Origin: the human T2T-CHM13v2.0 reference genome, Homo sapiens
DNA length: 64,000 nucleotides
NCBI RefSeq assembly: GCF_009914755.1
Contig: NC_060926.1
Strand: one strand, 5' to 3'
This document shows, one piece after another, positions 1 through 14,574 of the stretch. The notes beneath the pieces were generated by a model. The model saw only the letters and a program-made list of their open reading frames with translations. It was not told where the DNA came from and ran no database searches. A program made the position numbers and the translations under genes. Each line of letters opens with the position of its first letter. Position 1 is the stretch's first letter.

Positions 1-47
1 ATGTATCCTCATACAAACTTAAAACATTAAAAATTCAGATAATTGAT

Positions 48-199
48 GGCTCATGCCAGTAATCCTAACTACTTGAGAGGCTGAGGCAAAAGGATTGCTT
101 AAGCCCAGGAGTTGAGGCTACAGTGAGCCAGGATCGTACCACTGCACTCCAGCCTGGGTGACAGAGTGAGACCTTGTCTCTAAAAAAAAAAGAAAAAAA
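48..199 (+). mobile_element. Alu right monomer (FRAM/AluJ-like)
   Basis: gaggctgaggca...cactgcactccagcctgggtgacagagtgagacc plus A tail. Confidence 0.9.
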
Positions 200-2389
200 C
201 CAACAATCAGAGATAATTCCATAAGGCTGTATAAACCCTTTCAACTCCACCTTTCGAGGACCAACTGAATTCAAACTGTTTTCTGTGGAACACAGTTTTT
301 AAAACCCTGCTTTACATGATTGATCCAGGCTGAACCTATGAAGACACCTTGGCCAGTGTCACCGATGTTCCCCTAGCAGTTGTGTCCCTCTGCTCTAGGG
401 TACCAGTGGCCTCACTAGTGCCATTACCGTTCTGAAACTCACGTGTAACTGGCCAGGGTACAAAACTTTAATAGGAGAGTGAAACCACAAAATGCTGAAG
501 CTTTGAAAATCTTGAGCCATCTTGTCCTGATTTTGAAGGACACATTGCTTATCACCCAAATGAAGATTAGATTAGCAGTGCTGCTGGCCCAATCCTGTGA
601 GCTGTGTAGTGTGTAAATACTCCTTTCATTAGCTGGCCTATTAGAAAGCGTAACCCCCGAGCCAGGACTTATTTTGCCCCACCTTCTAGAAAATACCGTG
701 ACTTCATGTTGAAGGTGCCAAGAACAACTTCAGCTCTCCAGTCTCTGAGGAAATGTTTGTTTTTGTACTTGTGAGTTATGCATTTTATGGGGCAGACTGT
801 CGTTGCTGAATTTCTTTCTGCTTTTTATTCCATCTGTTCCTCAACTCTTACAAAAGCTAGCCATACCATCTCTCTCTCTAGCTTCTGAAGTGGTAAGCTA
901 ATTGCATTTTTAGGAATGACGTGTAGTTGTCATCCATCTAAATGGTAAATAGGAAATGTAGGTAATACTCTAGAACTCTGATCCTTCTGTTGTCAGTTAT
1001 GCCGTGTGTTGGTTGCTTTTGAATGTCCTGGACATTGTTCCTAGGACCTGCTTGCCGTGAGTTTGTTGGTGAAAGGAGATGTATTGGGGTGATGATTCAT
1101 TGCTATATTTTAGAATTATTTTTGTAATACTGTGAATTACATTTGGTGATTGTTTTAATATTCTATGTTTGGTTTCTTTGCAATTTTTAAAATCTCTCTT
1201 ATGAAATAGAACTTTTTAATGCTGCCGCCATGCTGACGATTTTCTAGGGTTGCAGCTGAGATATACTGCACGGCCCTGCTTTGAATATGCTCCCTCCATC
1301 TTCAGTCATCAGAATTTGATTTGGCAAGCTATCCCAGATAACCTGTGTAATGTTCGATAGTTTAATAATAATAATAAAAGAAATGAGTTTCTCTTTGGCC
1401 AACAGCTTCTTCTTGCTCTCACTTAAAACATTTCACAGCCTTGAGATGCAGCTCAGAATTGTTCCACTGTCAGCAGGGAGGGAGGAGTGTGATGTCATGT
1501 TATTAGTAATGTACACAGCTGCTGCTTCCAAGCTGTGGGAGAGTATATTGCTGTCTTCAGAGATATTTTCTCCTGTACTGAAGGCAATTATCGTCATCAC
1601 CAGTTACTTTGGGCTGCTAGCATGTTATCTCAATTAACTGTGAGAATAAAATAGATAGTATCCCTTATGTTTGATGTGTTTGAATTTTTATTGTTTTGAG
1701 AAACTGAGAACAAATTATTTGCAAAATATGTCTTATGGTTAGCAGAAAAAATTATAGTGTTCTCAGATTGGATAAACTAATCTAGTGTTGACATGTCATT
1801 TAGGGTTTAGATTCTCTTCTACCAACAATTCTGTGTCAGGCAGGTTCCCTAAGTCCACAGATATTAAATATTCCGTAGTCACCCTCTTTACCTTTAGATG
1901 ACATTACATTGAAGACAGATGACAGATAAATGCACATATATATACATATACACATAATATATATAGACACATACATATGTATTTGTACATGTATAAATAT
2001 GTATATAGCAATTTCAATTCTTTAAAATTTTCAGAAAAGAAAATGGTCAAATCACCTTTACTAATATGGTCCAGAATTGTTCAGAATTCCTATTGCCAGT
2101 TTTTATAAATGTCTAAATCCTTTTTAGTTTAATTTAGTTTTCTTTTCTATTTCCCTTCAGCCAAAGAATGACTCAGAAACACCCCTGGAATATACCACTG
2201 CTTGCTTGAAAATCTTCAATTTAATGAACATTTATTGATCAATCTCAGGCCGTCATATAGGACTATGAAAATATGGCACTGCAGCCTAGACAGAAGCACA
2301 CGTGAACAAATAAGAACAGTGAAGTATTGTGGGTGCTCATGTCATCAGGGTAGTGTGGCCTCAGGACAGGGATTTAGGAGCTCTTAGGG

Positions 2390-2570
2390 TTTCAGTTAAA
2401 CTCCCAGCTCTGCCAATTTCTAACATGGGAACATGAACAAGTTACTTAACTGCCTTACTCATTTGTTTCCTCATCTACAGAAGGAGAATAATAGTAGCAT
2501 CTTGCCCAGGGAGGTGTTCAAGAGTATTAATGAGATAATGTATGCCAAGGACTTAGCCAGTGCTGGCCTC
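2390..2570 (+). mobile_element. MIR fragment
   Basis: cccagctctgcca...caagttacttaac...tttcctcatct...aataatagta; approximate ends. Confidence 0.7.
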
Positions 2571-3713
2571 TAGTATCTGCTTTGTGGAGACACATAGTGG
2601 GGCTGTGAAGTTCTTGTTAAGAAGAAGGGAAAGGGTTCAAAGTAGCCCCACAGAGGAGGCAATGTCTGGGTGGGTGCTACCCAGGGGGAAGGAAAACAAT
2701 ATGCCAGGCTGATAGCATTGCATGAACACAGGAAAAGAGTACCCGAATTTTCTCTTCTGAATTATTTTGGGCACTCTTCTTTCTAAGGATCCCTTTCAAA
2801 GTTATAAAAACCTGGCTTCCAAGCCATAGGCATTCCAGTGTCCCAACAAGACACCTTCCTCACCCCTCCTCAAAGAGCTTGATCTATTTTGAGTCTGGAG
2901 GGGGAATTAGCTTGAGTTTCCCCCTATTTTACTTCTCAAAATCATGCCTTCTTTTTTAAAATACAGAACTAGCTTGAGTTTGGAGGCTATTGTTCACTCT
3001 GACCTCCAGCTCCTTTTCCGTTATAATTACCCAATCAATACTCCCTCATTTCTGTTGTTCTCTTTGTTTGCCCCCCTCTTTTGAATGAATTACTTTGCAA
3101 AGCTTTCTATTGAATTTTGCCCTCTTTTTCCTTTTCTGTTTGTCAAGGTCATTTTAAATTTCAAACTAGCTCTCCTAACTGCCAGCCACCCCCACTCAAT
3201 TGGGTATCATTGTTAAATTTGATAAGAATGTTTTTGATTTGATTCCATATTCAAGGCATTAATAAGCATGTTAAATTTAGCAGCATTCAGCCCAGTACCT
3301 AAGCCTGTGGGATTCAATTTGTTTGTGCTAATTTATTTGCATACATGATTTATGATCACCCCATCCAGACATAAAAGAAACTTGGGAAAACATACCATGA
3401 AAATTCTGGGTAAAACAAGGGCTAAGTCATTGAATTCACTTCTGTCATGCTTTTCACTCAATTGTAGTTTGAGGGAAAAGGAAGACAATAATTTTCTTTC
3501 TGTCTCCAAAGACATTAGTATGACGGGGTTCAATACTCATTCATTGTTACAATCCATGTCCCTAGAAGCGCATGTTTGCCAGTTCCCATCCCTGACACTT
3601 AATAGCCAGTGACACTGAACAAGTCACTCATTTCCAGGAGCTTCAGTTTCCTCACTGGTATAATGGTGATCTGACTTACCACAATAAAAGGATTAGTAAG
3701 ATCAAGCCAGGCC

Positions 3714-3748
3714 GGGGTGGGGGGGGGGGGGCGCTGGGGGGCGGGGGG
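3714..3748 (+). repeat. G-rich tract (G4, G13, G6, G6), G-quadruplex capable
   Basis: ggggtgggggggggggggcgctggggggcgggggg read directly. Confidence 0.85.
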
Positions 3749-4487
3749 ACTGAACAGGTGGGAGGGGATTCCAAAACTCGACAACAATCTCAAATAGAAA
3801 ACATTCTATTCAGTTTACATGGAGCGTAATTCTAGATAAGATCACATCCTGTTTCTATAGCCTCAGTCCCAGGATATTTTTCTAGCTTGCGGGGAGCTCT
3901 CTGAGGCAGGCCTGTGGGTTCTGGTGTAAGTGGAGATTGGGCCTGGAAAGCCTTAGAGAGGTGCTCTTGCTTCCTGTTGGCACTTGGTTCAATTCTCAGT
4001 TCTGGGAAGACTTCAGGACAACAAATGGAAAGTCATTCATCTTACCGTCCTTATAAACTTGGCTCAGACAGGAGAATCAGAAATTCCCAAGTCACACCAA
4101 GTGCTCCTCTGGTGCTGTAATTTGATAGCCCAATCCCAAACAAAGTGAGGAAGCCACACCCAAACCTTCCTCCAAAGTTAACCACAAAGATGAACCGGAA
4201 TAGACAGTGAGAGCAGGAACACAAAGATAAGCTGGAGAAGGCAGCTGGCTTGTTTGGGGCACATCGGAGAGTCATGGATGTTATCACAGCAGCCCACCCA
4301 GGACCTGCTAGTTTTAGGTTATGTGAGATTTTTTAAATCTTACGTTTAACCAATTCTCCTTTTATAAGTGTCAAAGCATTGCAGTGTACAGCTGCCTAGT
4401 AAAAGGATTTGTAACATAGATGCGTAAATGGTTCTGTCATTCAATAATATAGTCTCTTAAATAACTGAAACAGGTAATGCTTCCCTT

Positions 4488-4560
4488 TCCCCTTCCCGCC
4501 ACTCCTCACACCCCTCGACTCCCATGCGCCCCCCACCCCCACCCCCATGCGCCCACCCCC
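4488..4560 (-). repeat. C-rich tract (G-quadruplex on minus strand / i-motif on plus strand)
   Basis: Many C3-C6 runs with a repeated cccatgcgccc unit. Confidence 0.75.
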
Positions 4561-5769
4561 AGCTTTATATTTTGTGTGTGTTTTCTTCCTTTTTCTCAAT
4601 TTGGTGTTTGGCATATTCAGAAAAACACGTGGGCTCCCTCTGGTGGTCATTCCAGTGTTCATGCATGTCTAACCTTCAAGTTTTAGTTACATGGCACAAG
4701 ATATTTGGATGAAAAGTGGAAATATTCGTAGTAAATGTTATTTTCGTTTGTAAGATTCCTAGTACTTGGAAACCACCAAAATAACCAGCTCATTCACTCA
4801 TTCATCCATTCATATGTGCACATATATAGTCTTCCATTCTCACATATTGTTGATATTTGACTTTGCTAAATGCAGCATGGTCTGGTCTGCAAGTCCATAC
4901 AGAACAATTGAGTTCCAGTCCTGTAAGTTAAACAAATTTTCTCAAGGAATGGGGCTGTTAATCAGCGAGTTTTTATGGAATGCATACAGTGTATTAGACC
5001 AGGCATTGTGAAAAATAATTTGTTGCTCACCACTTAAAAAAATATATGAACAAGCTTTTTAATAGTTACAATGTTATATTATTTCCTTTTGTTGTTTAAG
5101 TCATATTCCCATTTTGTTTCCTCTGTAGAATTTTATTCTACTGTAACATATTGTTTTCCAGGCCAGACGACTTTGTCATCCAGATTCAGCTATAATAACA
5201 AAGACTCAAACACAACAGCATCTTAAATAGATTTTTTTTTACTCATGTTAACTGTCCAAATATGAGCTGCCCAGGGTTAGTATGGCAGCTTCACGTTGTA
5301 ACGTATGTTTGTGGTTGAAAGTCTCTTATGGATCACCCTCATACTGAACATGTATCAAAAATATGTACTTACATTTAAATATTCGTGTTTTAAAATCTCT
5401 TGTGACCATGGGTCTTTGTTACAACTTTTCTTCTAGATTGAGTTATGACAATAAGTAGATATATATGATCATCAAAACAAAATAAATATTTTATAAATTT
5501 CTGTACAAAAATATTAAACATTAAAGTAAATTACTATTAGAAATGCATCACTGGGTGACTTTGGCAAGTGTTTTAAAAAATGAATTATTTTAAAAAGTCA
5601 ATTCATGCACCTTTAGGAAATAGCAGTTTCATTCTTCTTCTTGGTTTTTATGTATGCAAGCACTGGGAAAACTCATTCACAAAAACAGGAAGCTGGGGAT
5701 GGAAGTAGTTTTAAGTAACAGTGTTACTAAATTCTTTGAATCCTAGGAAACTCATGTGTACTTCATGGA

Positions 5770-6050
5770 AAGCTAGAGATGATGGTGGAGTTGCAGTGGA
5801 GGGGTGGAAAGTGTTGCATTCTAGATGGATTTTGGAAATAGAGTCCATAGGATTTTCTGATGGATTAAATACGAGGTAAGAGAGAAGGTACTCAAGGGTG
5901 ACTTCAAGGGTTTTGGCTTGAACACGTGGAAGGATGCAACTGCCATCAACCGAGGGAGGGAAGGATGAGAGTAGAGTGAGTTTGGAGACCTGGTTTGAAG
6001 GTCACTGTACTGGGCAGTATCCAAGAATGAAGTGTAATTAGATTTTGCAC
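5770..6050 (-). mobile_element. L2 fragment
   Basis: gagatgatggtgg...ttttggaaatagag...ggttttggcttgaac...ggaaggatg pattern; degraded. Confidence 0.6.
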
Positions 6051-6653
6051 CGTACCTGGGTGCAGTCAATAGCTAATAATGATAAACATTAGACTAGAGA
6101 GTGATAATGAGATAGATGATAGGGATTTGCACTGAGTAGGACATGCCCGGGGCATGAATGAAATTAAAATGTGTCTGAAAGAAATGAAATAGTGAGACAT
6201 AAATCAGCAAGAATTTTATCAGGTTTGTTTTGGCCCCTATTATATGTTATAGATTTAAGATCATTTATGTTTATAAGTTAACTCTGTATATGCTTTCAGG
6301 TTTCACCTTTTAAATTAATAAAAGGTTGATTTATGTAATATTTCAAGTAAAAACAGCTAAGTGAACCAGGCTAACAAAGCATTATTTAATAGACATCCTC
6401 AGGGACCTAATTTAATGAATAGGTAGAGGGATGTTATTTGTAACTTAGTTCACAAATTATTTCTATATCAATAGGTGACTTTAAATGGCTATGGCCTGCT
6501 TGAAACAATTTATTCTCTTAATTAGTTTAATCATTCTTTTTACAGTTTCTTACACTACTAAATGGGTTAATAATCCCCTTTTTCCTCGAGTAAATTAATT
6601 TTTCTAGCCTAGTCACAAATTTCTAATTAATAAAGTTTGAAGGAGTGAGGTAA

Positions 6654-7032
<379 letters not shown>

Positions 7033-7365
7033 TAAGTTTCTACTGTGTGCCATGTAGGCTCTGGAGATACAAAGTCCAAAAAGTCCAATGCAATGAATTA
7101 TTGATTTCAAAGAGCAAACCACCTAATGGGGGAGAGAGTTAGGTAAACAGATAATTATTTCAGAATGTGGTACTGAGAGAGATTGGAGTTAAGTACCAAA
7201 ATACCAAAATACACACTCTAAGAGCCTTGTCACCTGAACCGGAAGGATTTCTGAGACAACAGTGTTTCATTTCATCTGTTATGGTTGCAGTAAAAAAAAA
7301 AAAAAGTTTCAGTATTCACCCCCTACCCCAACATTCTCCCTCTTCACAAGGCTACAGAATTATTA

Positions 7366-7738
<373 letters not shown>

Positions 7739-8648
7739 GAGAGGAAATTGGGGGCTCACAGTGGAGCCGGCCTTGGGCTGATGGGAGCCGAGGGCTCTAC
7801 CTCTTATTGCTTCTTCCCCAGCCTAGAAACATGGCAACCAACAACTCCTGGTTCCTCCCCAGCAGCCACAATGAGGGAGCATAGGGGAAGGACTCTGGCT
7901 GGCCTATGGTGGGTCACATGGCTCCCCTATCCCCACTCTGAGCCAGTGTAGGTGGGATACACAGCTCTGTTGATGGGGAGGTCTGTGCCCAGAAGGAGGA
8001 GGAATGATGGGAAGTGAGAGCTGTTCATTGCTTCTCGCCAGTGATGTGCATTCCGCTGACTGCCAAAAAAAAACTGCCCCCTTCGATTGATGTACTCAAA
8101 TAACATCATAATACAATCAATATCTCATTTCAGGCTAGTCTTCATGCCTTGTTTATGAAGAAGTTGGACAGATGCACTTATGAAAATAATGTTGACATCA
8201 CATTTTGCAGTAGCTGTGATTGCAGTGAGCATTGTGCTTTAGAAAGTCCATGCATTCCATTCAGTCAGAATCAAATTTTCTTTTGCACCGTCTTCTTAAC
8301 ATATATGATGTGGAGATTAACAAGGTTTGATCTTAAGTCTTTTGAGCTACTTAGATGTGGATGCTCCAACAGTACATGACATAAGCAATCTCATTTTTCC
8401 TAGAATATTACAGGAATTCTTCCTTTTTAATCTACATTTTTAAGTCTTTAAAGTCTGTGAGCCAAATTTACATTCAGATAAGTCATTGATATTTATACTT
8501 TGTGCCTAAAAGGAGGTGTTTCTGCCAAGAGTCTAAAATGAAGTCTAGCAAGATGGTGGATTTTAAAAAATAATGGTTATCTCTTTCTGATCATAAATAT
8601 AATACTTATGTTGAATATTTGGAAAAATAAGTGTTTTTAAAAATCTTC

Positions 8649-8960
<312 letters not shown>

Positions 8961-9463
8961 TTATATAGTTAACATATAGGAAAATGTATACAAATAGAAA
9001 CAAAATTTAGTTTACACTGTATATATAGTTTCATATTCTTCCTTTTTCAATTAAATTTTTTTAAGGATTTTTAAAATTAGTTAATATTGTCTCAACCGTA
9101 ATGTAGAATGAATTTCCTCTGCAATACATTTTTATTGTTTTTTTTTTGCAATAATTTTTTTTAAATAGCTATTTGTACCTTGTCAAAGTTACTTTTCATA
9201 CCATCCCTGTCCCATTACTGGAATTATTTTTTGTTATATTGCTGTTGCTCTTCCTTCATTCCTGATGTTCCTAGTTTTCCTCTGCTATCATTTCTCTTCT
9301 GCCTGAAGAACTTTTTAAAGAAATTCTTTTAAAGCAGTTGTGATGGCTACGAATTCTAAATTTTTTCTCATCTGAGAGAATCTTTAATTTGTCTTTATAT
9401 ATAAGAGTATTTTCTTAATGAACAAATATTGATTCATTATCACCAACTAAAGTCCATAGTTTA

Positions 9464-9787
<324 letters not shown>

Positions 9788-10760
9788 GTCTGTAGTTTAT
9801 TTAGATTTCCCTCATTTTTACCTAACATCATTTTTCTATTCGAAAATTCTATCCAGGACACCACCTCACATTCAGTCGCCATGTCTCCTTAGGCTCCTTT
9901 TGGCTATCCGTTTCTCAGACTTTCCTTGTTTTGGATGACTGACAGTTTTAAGGGATATAGGTCGGGTATTTGGTAGAATGTCCCTCTATTGGGATTTGTC
10001 TAATGTTTTTCTCAATATTAGACTGGGGCTAGGGGTTTGGGGAAGACCGTATTTTCATCACATCATATCAAGAATATATACTATTAGTATGACTTATCAC
10101 TGTTGATGTTGACCTTGATCATCTGGCTGAGGTAGTGTCTGCAAGTTTCTCCACTGTAAAGTCAGTCTCCCACAACTCCTGCCCCGCTTTCCATACTGAA
10201 CTCTTTGGAAGGAAGTCATCGTGCACACAGCCCACACTTAAGGAGCAAGGAGCTAGGCTCCAGCTTCTTGATAGCAGAATAGCTACATTGTTTGGAATTC
10301 CTCTGTGAGGGGGATTTCTCTCCTTTCCCATGTTGATTGGTTTATTCTGTCTTTTTTTTATATCACTATGCACTCATGGATATTTATTTTATACTTTGGG
10401 TTATAATCCAATACTACCATATTAATTTTATTGCTCAAATTGTTCCAGCTTTGGCCACTGGGAGCTCTTTCCCTTGGCTCCTGTATTCCTTTGACACACT
10501 CCCATCACTATGCTTTGTTTTATTTTGTTTTATGGAGCACTGCCTTACCTGTGGCACAACTAGTTGCATATATATTCTCGGCTCTAGTCCCAGAGTCAGC
10601 CATTTTGCCAAGGATTCTTGGTTCCTTTGATGAAAGAATGGTGTTAGCAAGATCTTGGCGCTAGGCGTGCTGTTGCTACTAGGATATCTTAAGCCCTGTC
10701 ATCTGAGATAGCAAGGAAATACATGTGTGCATCCTAACCTGTGCATATACACATATCTGT

Positions 10761-10764
<4 letters not shown>

Positions 10765-10797
<33 letters not shown>
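10765..10797. repeat. (AC)16 microsatellite
   Basis: Uninterrupted AC run. Confidence 0.97.
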
Positions 10798-10801
<4 letters not shown>

Positions 10802-12851
10802 ACCATCTGTATCTATGTTTGGCTAAGCATGACTTCATACTGATTTCTCCAACTCTAATCCATTACCACATGGATCGTTCTAGTCCTTTCTCCTTGCCTC
10901 TTTGTAACCTCCCACTCCCAACAGTGAGAAATTTGGCTTGTACCATCTGCCACCTATTTATTTAACTGTCTAATTCGCATATACATTTACAGTGGTTTAA
11001 ACTGTTTGCCTGGGCCCCCATGGGAAACAAATGTTATCAAGTAGAATAGAGCACTGTGTGCAGTGTCCTTGCCTTCAGTCTCTCACGCTCCACTCATTTC
11101 TTAAGTCAGCACCTTCCTCACCTGCCTCTGCTCTGCCACTCCCTTCGTTGAAGTTATTTCATACATTTATTATACAGTCAAATTATTTTGTCACAGTATG
11201 CATTCCATCCTGGGATACCCTAACCTTCTAAATGATTTTTAGAATTTGCATATATTAAGTTTTACTCCTTGTGCTGTAAAGTTATATGAGTTTTGACAGA
11301 TGTCTAGTGCCATGTATGCACCATTACAGTACAGTATCATACAGAATAGTTTTACTGCCCTAAGCAATTCCCTGTGCTTTACCTATTTAATCTTCTTCCG
11401 TGTCTGAAGCCATAGAAACCACAATTTGTTTACTCTCGATAAAGTTTTGCCTTTTCCAACCTGTCATATAAATGACATCATGCGGCATGTAGCCTTTCAC
11501 TTAGAAATATGCACTTAAGATTCAGTGTCCTTGCATTGCTTGATAGTTTATTTCCTTTATCACTGGATAGTGTTCCATTATATAAATGTACTACGGTTTA
11601 TTTATTTATTCTTCTCTTGAAGGACATCTTGGCTGCTTTCATTTTTTGGCAATTATGAGTAAAACTGTTATGAATATTTGTGGGCAGATTTTGTGTGAAC
11701 ATAAGTTTTCGAATCAGTTGGGTAATTCTTAGGAGCACAATTGCTAGATTGTGTGGTAACACTATATTTAGCTTTGTAAGAAACTGCCAAACTGTCTTCC
11801 AAAGTGGTTGTACCATTTTGTTTTCCCACTAGCAGTGAATGAGAGTTCCTTTGTTCTGCATCCTTGCCAGCTTGGTATTGTCAGTTTTTTAAAGCCATTC
11901 TAATAGATATGTAGTGGTATCTCATTCTTGTTTTTAATTTCCATTTCCCTAATGACAGATGATATTGAGTATCTTTTCATATGCTGTTTGCCATCTGTCT
12001 TCTTTGTTGAGGTGTCTTTTGCCCATTTAAAAAATTTGGTTCTTTTCTTATTGTTTGGAGAATTCTTTGCATATTTTAGATACAAGTCCTTTATCAGATA
12101 TGAGTTTTGCAGTCCAGTCTGTGGTTTTGCTTTTCATCTTAACAGTGTCCTTAGTAGAGAAGAAGTTTTTAATTTCAGTCTAGTCCAACATTCATTTTTT
12201 TTCTTTCATGGATTATGCTTTTGTTGTTGTATCTAACTTATCACCAAACTAAATGTCATTTAGATTTTCCCCTGTATTTTCTTCTAGAAATTTTATAGTT
12301 TTGTGTTTTACATTTAGGTTTATAATCATTTCTGAGGTACAGATGTGTGTATAAGGCATAAGGTCTGTGTGTAGATTCATTTTTTTTAGCATATGGGCCA
12401 TCCAGTTTTTCCATCTCCATTTCTTGAAAAGACTGTCTTCTCTCCATTGAATTGTCTTTGTTCCTTTGTAAAAGATCAGTTGACTATGTTTATGTGGGTC
12501 TATTTTTGGACTTCACATTCTGTTCCATTCATCTACATGTCTGTTCATTCACCAATATTTCACTGTCTTAATTGCTAGCTTTATTATAATTCTCAGACTT
12601 TCCTAGTTTTTGGTAACTATGACAGTTTTAAGAGATACTGGTCAGGCATTTTGTAGAATGTCCCTCACTTAGAATTTGTCTAATGTTTTTCTCAAGATTA
12701 GACTAGGATTATGGGTTTTGGGGAGAAGACCACCGAGTTCTACTGTTTTCATCACATCATATCAAGAATTCCTACTATGAGAATATATATTATTATTGAA
12801 ATTAGGTAGCATGAGTTCTCCACTTTTTTCTTCTGTGTTGTGTTGACTATT

Positions 12852-13248
12852 TGATATAGTTTGGATGTTTGTCCTTGCCCAAATCTCATGTTGAATTGTA
12901 ATCCCAATGCTGGAGGTGAGGTCTGGTAGGAGGTGATTGGATCATGGGGGCAGATTCTTCATGGGTTGGTGCTGTCTTGGTGATAGTGAGTTCTCATGAG
13001 ATCAGGTCATTTAAAATTGTGGCACCTCCCCACAACTCTCTGTCCCTTGTTCCTGCTTTTTCCATGTGAAGTGCCTGCTCCCACTTCACCTTCCACCATG
13101 AGTAAAAGCTCCCTGAGGCCTCCCCATAAGTAGATGCCGTTATGTTTCCTGTACAGCCTTCAGAACCATGAGCCAATTCAACCTCTTTTCTTGTAAATTA
13201 CCCAGTATCAGGTATTTCTTTATAGCAATGCAAGAACAGCCTAATACA
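12852..13248 (+). mobile_element. MaLR solo LTR (MSTA-like)
   Basis: TGatatagtttggatg...cctaataCA with exact 5-bp TSD CTATT (12847-12851 and 13249-13253). Confidence 0.92.
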
Positions 13249-14239
13249 CTATTCTGTCTAGGTCCTCTACCTTTCCAGTAATTGCAGAATCAGTTTGTCT
13301 ATATATCTACAGAATAGATTCCTGGGATTTCGATTGGGATTCATTGGATCTATAGATCAAGCTGAGAAGAACTGACGTCTTAACAGTATTGAGTCTGATA
13401 ATTTATGAACATGGAATATGTCTCTATTTAGATGTTCACTGATTTTCTTCATCAGTATTTTGTAGTTGTCTCTATATATGCCCTGTACATGTTTTGTTAG
13501 ATTAATACAAAGTACTTTATTTTGGAAGGATGATGTTCTAAGAGGTATTTTATTATTTCAAATTCCAGTTGTTCATTGCTGATATGTGGAAAAACAATTG
13601 GTATTTTGTACATGACCTTGTATCCTATGACCTTATACTTACATATTAGTTCCAGGAGTTCTTTGGAATTTTCTACATAGACAATCATGTCATCTGCAAG
13701 TAAAGACAGATTGATTTCTTCCTCCCAATCTGTGTGCTTTTTCTTTATTTCTCTTGTCTCGTTGCACAAGGTAGGACTTCCGGTATGATAGTCAATAGGA
13801 ATGGTGAGAAAGAATACCCTTGCTATTAGGTTTTTAATGTAATAATTTTTACCTTATTTCTTAAGTCTTCCATGAAGCATTATTTGTAATGGTGGCAAAA
13901 TAGTCCTTAATTCTGGTGCAGCGTCATTTATTTTAACCATTTGTATAATGTATATTTTGATTGTTTCTAATTTCACTATTCTTTAGTTTTATTATTTTCA
14001 CGATAAAGATGAAAAATATTCACTTCACGAAGTTATTGTGAAAAATAAATAGCATAATCCATGGAAAGTTCTTATTGCCACGTCTGACAAAAAGTAAGCA
14101 CTTGATAAAATGCTTTTTTTCTTATCATTATTAAGGCTTTTGAAAAATCAGTGATTAGGGGAGTTAGGGTAGAACCTGTGTTTATGGGCAGAGATTTCTC
14201 TTTACACTTTCTGAGGAAACTGTATTACGGCAGTACATC

Positions 14240-14480
14240 GTAGGAGTAAACCAGCAAGGAGACTGCAAGCTGACTGCTTGAGCTCAATGCTGGCCCTGCC
14301 ACTTCTTAGCTATGTGGGCTTGAGCAAGTTACTTAAACTAAGACTCAGATTCATCATCTGAAAAATGGGTTGATAATAATAGAATCTACTTCCTCACTTT
14401 GTCCTGAGGATTAAATAAGAACACGCATATAAAGTTCACACAGCACAGTACCTGAAACATAGTATGCTCTCAACAAGTAT
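14240..14480 (+). mobile_element. MIR
   Basis: gccctgccacttcttagctatgtg...gagcaagttacttaa...catctgaaaaatggg...gaggattaaa. Confidence 0.75.
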
Positions 14481-14574
14481 TTTTTTATTATAAACAAGAT
14501 AAAATTGATTCCCCTCATTTACATCTCTGGTCATATATTCTTTTAATGGTGCTTTGCAGTTTTCAGAGAGTTTA

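Noticed and set aside
2130-2240. Strong acceptor ttttctatttcccttcag|2161
   Set aside because: No convincing donor nearby, and the phase-0 reading stops after 25 codons; pseudo-acceptors are common.
11598-13769. Reverse-transcriptase/ORF2-like peptides on the minus strand
   Set aside because: Fragments of a dead, antisense, interrupted L1; not a functional RT system.
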